Shown: positions 16,175 to 20,000 of the stretch, piece by piece
How positions within the stretch are numbered: the first letter of the stretch is position 1
Layout of the letters: each line of letters begins with the position of its first letter
Virus record (IMG/VR): IMGVR_UViG_3300043468_000476
Direction: 5' to 3' (one strand)
DNA from: an uncultured virus (IMG/VR IMGVR_UViG_3300043468_000476)
Lineage: Duplodnaviria > Heunggongvirae > Uroviricota > Caudoviricetes
DNA length: 20,000 bases
The notes under the pieces: generated by a model
Databases searched by the model: none
Told to the model about the DNA's origin: nothing
Seen by the model: the letters and a program-made list of their open reading frames with translations, nothing else
Made by a program: the position numbers and the translations under genes

Positions 16175-16307
16175 TCAGATTTTCCTTATACCAATCTTCA
16201 ATCCGTTCTAGTTCGATTAGGTACTCTTCGGAATCAATATTACCTTTTATATATTCTTCCATGATAAGAGCCAATTTTTTGGCATAGATATGTTCAAGTT
16301 CCATCAT
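16152..16307 (-). CDS. Hypothetical acidic 51-aa protein (MMELEHIYAKK...)
   Basis: Translated by hand; SD GAGG; lies after a promoter. Confidence 0.55.
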   Translation of the reverse strand: MMELEHIYAKKLALIMEEYIKGNIDSEEYLIELERIEDWYKENLNATNSRN

Positions 16308-16329
16308 TCCCTCATTTCATCATATTTTA

Positions 16330-16358
16330 ATAATACCCTGGAAATGTAAAAAAGTCAA
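16330..16358 (-). promoter_or_regulatory. Sigma70-type promoter
   Basis: TTGACT-N17-TATTAT; the -35 overlaps the upstream TGA. Confidence 0.75.
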
Positions 16359-16936
16359 TCGAAAACATAATTAACAGCGATCCTACGTTTTGTCTTCGTA
16401 GGAGGCGAGCTAGAATGATAAGTCAAACCATCAAAAAATACCATTTTATTTTCTGCAGGAAGAATTATCTCTTTGATGGTCACTTTTTTGTTTAGTACTT
16501 CGATATAATACTGCCCGCTGTGATTTTTCTCATAATTACAATCATATTTCTCGTTGTAGAGATGCGTATGGCCATCGCTGTCGTTCATATACAACAACCC
16601 AACATTATGAGGAAATTCCATATCAACATGCGGAGGATTAACGGAAACGACAGGACAAATTGGAATCATACCAATACGAATACGATGAATTTTGTTTACA
16701 GCAACACCTGCTCTGTCAGCGGCAACCAATAAACAATCTTCAAGAGTATTAGCAATTTCAGAGTTTCTGGCCAGATGGTAAAAGCTACCATTATAGAGAG
16801 TTTCATACTGGTCAACATTCTCAGTATAGGCAGTCGCAGCAACGTAATACCAAGGAAAATTATCAGAAAAAATAATATCCCTAGCTTTCCTAAACAAAGA
16901 ATCATTTACAGCATCGTATTTCTCTATAAGAGGCAT
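16355..16936 (-). CDS. 2OG-Fe(II) oxygenase (FPWY-type paralog 3)
   Basis: FPWY, PHVD, LLYMNDSDG, YHSSSPP, RIAVN. Confidence 0.82.
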   Translation of the reverse strand: MPLIEKYDAVNDSLFRKARDIIFSDNFPWYYVAATAYTENVDQYETLYNGSFYHLARNSEIANTLEDCLLVAADRAGVAVNKIHRIRIGMIPICPVVSVNPPHVDMEFPHNVGLLYMNDSDGHTHLYNEKYDCNYEKNHSGQYYIEVLNKKVTIKEIILPAENKMVFFDGLTYHSSSPPTKTKRRIAVNYVFD

Positions 16937-17145
16937 TATTTCCTCTTCTTTAAAAGAGACGGTCTACGGCGACGATTAACGATTTTAATATAAGCAGCAT
17001 AAGTCCTATAACTACAGAGCCATCCCCAGTCACTATGGCGATGCAACCGTAGGACTGGCCCCAAAGGTAGCACCGACTTCGTCGCGAAATTCCTATAAGC
17101 CACACGGCTCATAAACCAAACTTCGCCAGTTCTACGATCAATCAT
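16936..17145 (-). CDS. Hypothetical basic protein
   Basis: Coupled at both ends (ATGA and TAATG). Confidence 0.55.
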   Translation of the reverse strand: MIDRRTGEVWFMSRVAYRNFATKSVLPLGPVLRLHRHSDWGWLCSYRTYAAYIKIVNRRRRPSLLKKRK

Positions 17146-17369
17146 ACTCTAACCCAATCACGACGTTTCTTTAGTTTATGCACTTTTACCTTAATCATCC
17201 CAGCAGCCATATACTGGCTTATTAAACCAGCAACAGAGGGAGAGACGTTCTTCGAAATATATAATGAAGCGGACTGAGAAACAGCCAAGCCGTCCGACAG
17301 GGTCACCGGATCCTCCGTCACAATTTCGTATTCTCTGGTATCACTTAGAATATTCCAGCCCACGATCAT
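17142..17369 (-). CDS. Hypothetical protein
   Basis: SD AAGGAG. Confidence 0.65.
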   Translation of the reverse strand: MIVGWNILSDTREYEIVTEDPVTLSDGLAVSQSASLYISKNVSPSVAGLISQYMAAGMIKVKVHKLKKRRDWVRV

Positions 17370-17532
17370 CTAGCTCCTTAATACAAGCCCAATATTCTTT
17401 TTCGCACTCACCACGTTCTTTGGCTTCAGCAGACCAATTACCTTCAGCGGCCATATAATACATATGGCGACGCCAGAGACGATCATATTCAGCCAAGAGC
17501 TCTTCATTAGTCTTAGTCGTAAAATCAACCAT
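17341..17532 (-). CDS. Hypothetical protein
   Basis: Start MVDF at 17532 follows AAAGGA. Confidence 0.65.
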   Translation of the reverse strand: MVDFTTKTNEELLAEYDRLWRRHMYYMAAEGNWSAEAKERGECEKEYWACIKELDDRGLEYSK

Positions 17533-17830
17533 TTGACATTCCTTTCGCAATTTTTGCTTTAGCGTCCATACGGTCACGGATATCTTTTAGCAAAGGCACA
17601 TGGTCATCCCGAGAAGTATAGTGGTCAGCAAGAATTTCGAAGGCGCTGAGAACATTTAAGCTATCTTGCACATCCTCACGCTTAAAGTCATACTTAACAG
17701 GATCTTTCATAATATCATTCTGAGCATCCCTAAACGCCCAGTAGGTTGTTTCATAACCTTCAAGAAGCATATCGAGGAAGAGCTTGTCGTAGCCTTCCCA
17801 TTCCATTGAAATCTTAATTTCTGGTTTCAC
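17525..17830 (-). CDS. Hypothetical protein
   Basis: GTGA coupling with the upstream gene. Confidence 0.7.
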   Translation of the reverse strand: MKPEIKISMEWEGYDKLFLDMLLEGYETTYWAFRDAQNDIMKDPVKYDFKREDVQDSLNVLSAFEILADHYTSRDDHVPLLKDIRDRMDAKAKIAKGMSNG

Positions 17831-18102
17831 TTATAGATCTCCTCTAGAACAACATCAAGAAAGCCACGAACTTCTGAGTCGAAGGCGCCATAACGAGTCC
17901 ACTGAGAAAGATAATTGAACATCCCATCATGGGTATCTTTCTTGGAGTAATCATTGTTGACATAATCATTCAGGCGACTATTCAACTTGTTAGCAACTTC
18001 CTCGATCTCATCACGAGGGAATGTATTTGTAAGTAGACCCCACTGATCAGCTGAGAAGTTGCAGGTAATATCCTTCTTGATCACAATAGTAAGATTATGC
18101 AT
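17827..18102 (-). CDS. Hypothetical protein
   Basis: SD GGAG. Confidence 0.7.
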   Translation of the reverse strand: MHNLTIVIKKDITCNFSADQWGLLTNTFPRDEIEEVANKLNSRLNDYVNNDYSKKDTHDGMFNYLSQWTRYGAFDSEVRGFLDVVLEEIYK

Positions 18103-18119
18103 AATATAGACTCCGTATT

Positions 18120-18416
18120 TTACACTGGTGGCGGCACATCAGATGGAGGAACCATAGCTATACCGCCTTCTTGTTGAAGCTCGGCAATTTCCTCTGCCGT
18201 TGGTTCAACTGGAGGGCCACGCTCTACAATAGGCTCTGGCTCATAGGCAGGCATATTAGCAGGAACTTGATTACCAACCAAATCTAATGCTTCTTGATAA
18301 TGTGCCCAATGCTTCAATCCAACCTGAATAAGAGCATGAAGCATATCTGATCTTTTAATCAGTTCTTTGTGTGCATCTTTGCTTATTGTGACTAATTTTG
18401 ACTCTACCTCGGCCAT
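18120..18416 (-). CDS. Hypothetical protein with a Pro/Glu-rich tail
   Basis: SD GAGGT; late-like box AATAAATA at 18443-18450. Confidence 0.7.
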   Translation of the reverse strand: MAEVESKLVTISKDAHKELIKRSDMLHALIQVGLKHWAHYQEALDLVGNQVPANMPAYEPEPIVERGPPVEPTAEEIAELQQEGGIAMVPPSDVPPPV

Positions 18417-18445
18417 GGATAATACCTCTTGATGTAAAGAAATAT

Positions 18446-18676
18446 TTATTCAATCATAGGCTCGGGCGACTTCCAGACTTCGGTGATACCATAGTCGTCG
18501 CTGTAATAATGAGTGACTTTAATACCACTGAGAATAGTCTCGGCCATGTTACGATCGTAGGTGGCTGCTACAATAAGACCATTGACTTTATTATAGACTA
18601 GCCATGTAAACTCACCAGCCAATGTTCGCTCTACATAAAGTTCTGTGGGTTTACACTTAACTGGTAATGGTGCCAT
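18446..18676 (-). CDS. Hypothetical protein
   Basis: Start MAPL follows GAGGAG. Confidence 0.7.
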   Translation of the reverse strand: MAPLPVKCKPTELYVERTLAGEFTWLVYNKVNGLIVAATYDRNMAETILSGIKVTHYYSDDYGITEVWKSPEPMIE

Positions 18677-18677
18677 A

Positions 18678-18875
18678 TCACATCTCCTCAAAGAATTTCT
18701 CTAGAAGCCTACGAAAGTCATCACTGAATCCATAGGTCTTGTAATCCTTATAGAGTTCTTGAAGTTCCTTGACATCTCCCAACTCTCCATTAATGACTGT
18801 GAAGCCTCGATCTTGAAGTTCGTCAACAAGATCCATGTCTTCAAATTCGCTTAGATTAACTTCAATGTATGCCAT
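18678..18875 (-). CDS. Hypothetical acidic protein
   Basis: SD AGGA. Confidence 0.7.
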   Translation of the reverse strand: MAYIEVNLSEFEDMDLVDELQDRGFTVINGELGDVKELQELYKDYKTYGFSDDFRRLLEKFFEEM

Positions 18876-19003
18876 AGTGTCCTGTTGCTCCTGTTGCGAC
18901 TTTCCAGTTGTAAAAATTTTTGCACGGAAATTTTTGGATTTTCCGTTCCGCTTACGCCTCGGGGGACCCGACCCAATTTCCCTAATTTCCTAAAGGACCG
19001 ACT

Positions 19004-19132
19004 TTATGCACGATCCTTCCACTTCCGCCTGTAGCGAACCATATCCACATAGAGATCGATCATGATCCCGTATGCGAACCCCAACAGGAACAGAGCCACG
19101 CTATTGCCAATCACATTCAAGTCCACCATCAT
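19004..19132 (-). CDS. Single-TM 42-aa protein (MMVDLNVIGNSVALFLLG...)
   Basis: Translated by hand; SD GAGG; ATGA coupling. Confidence 0.55.
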   Translation of the reverse strand: MMVDLNVIGNSVALFLLGFAYGIMIDLYVDMVRYRRKWKDRA

Positions 19133-19296
19133 GCACCTCTTGCCTTTCTTCGAACATAAGCTGAACCGTAATATTCACCTATGCTTCCATTATACCAAAA
19201 ATGCTGCGCACAGTCAAGTAAAATCGTCTCAGTACAAACACCCAGAGCTTGAGCGTGCATCAGAGCACGATAGAGTGGAAGAAACCGATCCTCCAT
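19129..19296 (-). CDS. Hypothetical 55-aa protein (MEDRFLPLYR...)
   Basis: Translated by hand; TGATG and ATGA coupling. Confidence 0.45.
   Translation of the reverse strand: MEDRFLPLYRALMHAQALGVCTETILLDCAQHFWYNGSIGEYYGSAYVRRKARGA
19189..19217 (-). promoter_or_regulatory. Sigma70-type promoter
   Basis: TTGACT-N17-TATAAT with TGG before the -10 (extended -10). Confidence 0.8.
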
Positions 19297-19442
19297 CACT
19301 TCCGCTCCAAGACCACAGTGTACTTGCCATCAGACCATTGCTTGGTCTTGACTATACTGTAACCAGCATGAACCCACTCACGGGTCAGGCGTCGGACATA
19401 GCGTAGGTCACCAGATATGATCTTCTGCGGTTTGTTGGTCAT
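19296..19442 (-). CDS. Hypothetical 48-aa protein (MTNKPQKIISG...)
   Basis: Translated by hand; TGATG coupling; SD GAGG. Confidence 0.6.
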   Translation of the reverse strand: MTNKPQKIISGDLRYVRRLTREWVHAGYSIVKTKQWSDGKYTVVLERK

Positions 19443-19648
19443 CACAGCACCTCTCCCACGTCAAAGATTTGGCCATAGACCTTGTCGAGCTCGACCTTAC
19501 GGATTTCCACCCACTCACAGTCGTCGCCAACCGCATACTTGGCCTTATAGGACACTTCGAACTCGCGAGCTTTCACGTAGTCCGAGAACACACCCAGCAA
19601 CTCCATGCCCTCATATTGGACACCGTAGAGAACAACGTACACTTCCAT
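19442..19648 (-). CDS. Hypothetical early protein
   Basis: MEVYVV...LLGVFS; SD GGAGG; directly after a promoter. Confidence 0.7.
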   Translation of the reverse strand: MEVYVVLYGVQYEGMELLGVFSDYVKAREFEVSYKAKYAVGDDCEWVEIRKVELDKVYGQIFDVGEVL

Positions 19649-19671
19649 GATTCCCTCCATCAACTATATTC

Positions 19672-19699
19672 AGTATACCTGATTCTCTGGAAATGTCAA
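19672..19699 (-). promoter_or_regulatory. Sigma70-type promoter
   Basis: TTGACA-N16-TATACT. Confidence 0.75.
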
Positions 19700-19739
19700 G
19701 CGCCAACTGAACCATAACGTGAAAATAAATCAAGAAAAA

Positions 19740-19801
19740 AGTCGTTTACTATTGGAACCTGGAGGTCCGCAGACTCAACGATCCAGCAATAGTAAACGAC
19801 T
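19740..19801. repeat. 15-bp perfect inverted repeat
   Basis: AGTCGTTTACTATTG (19740-19754) / CAATAGTAAACGACT (19787-19801), with inner CTGGA/TCCAG. Confidence 0.85.
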
Positions 19802-19807
19802 AAAATA

Positions 19808-19835
19808 TTGACTTGTATGCGCAATAAGGTATAAT
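19808..19835 (+). promoter_or_regulatory. Sigma70-type promoter, divergent
   Basis: TTGACT-N16-TATAAT. Confidence 0.65.
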
Positions 19836-20000
19836 GGGTGGATAAGCAATCAACCTACCTTCATGCCTATCCACCCAACCAAGTCACAGGATCAAGAGCC
19901 TGCACTCAGTATTCCACTAAATAGAGCGTCCATCGCGAGTTGCAGCTCCATGGACTCTAACACCTAATAGAGAGGTATCAGCCCATGTATATAGACGATC

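Noticed and set aside
19062..19717. + strand ORFs at 19062, 19417 and 19469
   Set aside because: The - strand is fully tiled by coupled ORFs with SDs and promoters.

Overview
A segment of a T4-like myophage genome, probably infecting an Alphaproteobacterium (inferred from the permuted tmRNA and the Rhizobiales-type L,D-transpeptidase). Bases 1-3406 (+) are the end of a late baseplate block: a gp54/tail-tube-fold gene, gp26, gp51 and a 672-aa protein with a tail-lysozyme domain and a probable zinc-peptidase domain. This block ends at a bidirectional terminator. Almost everything else is on the - strand: gp32, gp59, a HExxH protein and gp33, then an accessory region. That region holds four 2OG-Fe(II) oxygenases, an L,D-transpeptidase, tRNA-Arg(UCU), a circularly permuted two-piece tmRNA with an 86-nt structured intervening segment, a DUF262-HNH (GmrSD-like) protein behind a palindromic promoter, a DUF932 protein, an RMF-like protein and many small coupled ORFs. 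Near-consensus sigma70 promoters and T4 late TATAAATA boxes are frequent, and there are structured non-coding regions near 18.9 kb and 19.7-20 kb. All family calls come from recognising motifs by eye, not from database searches.
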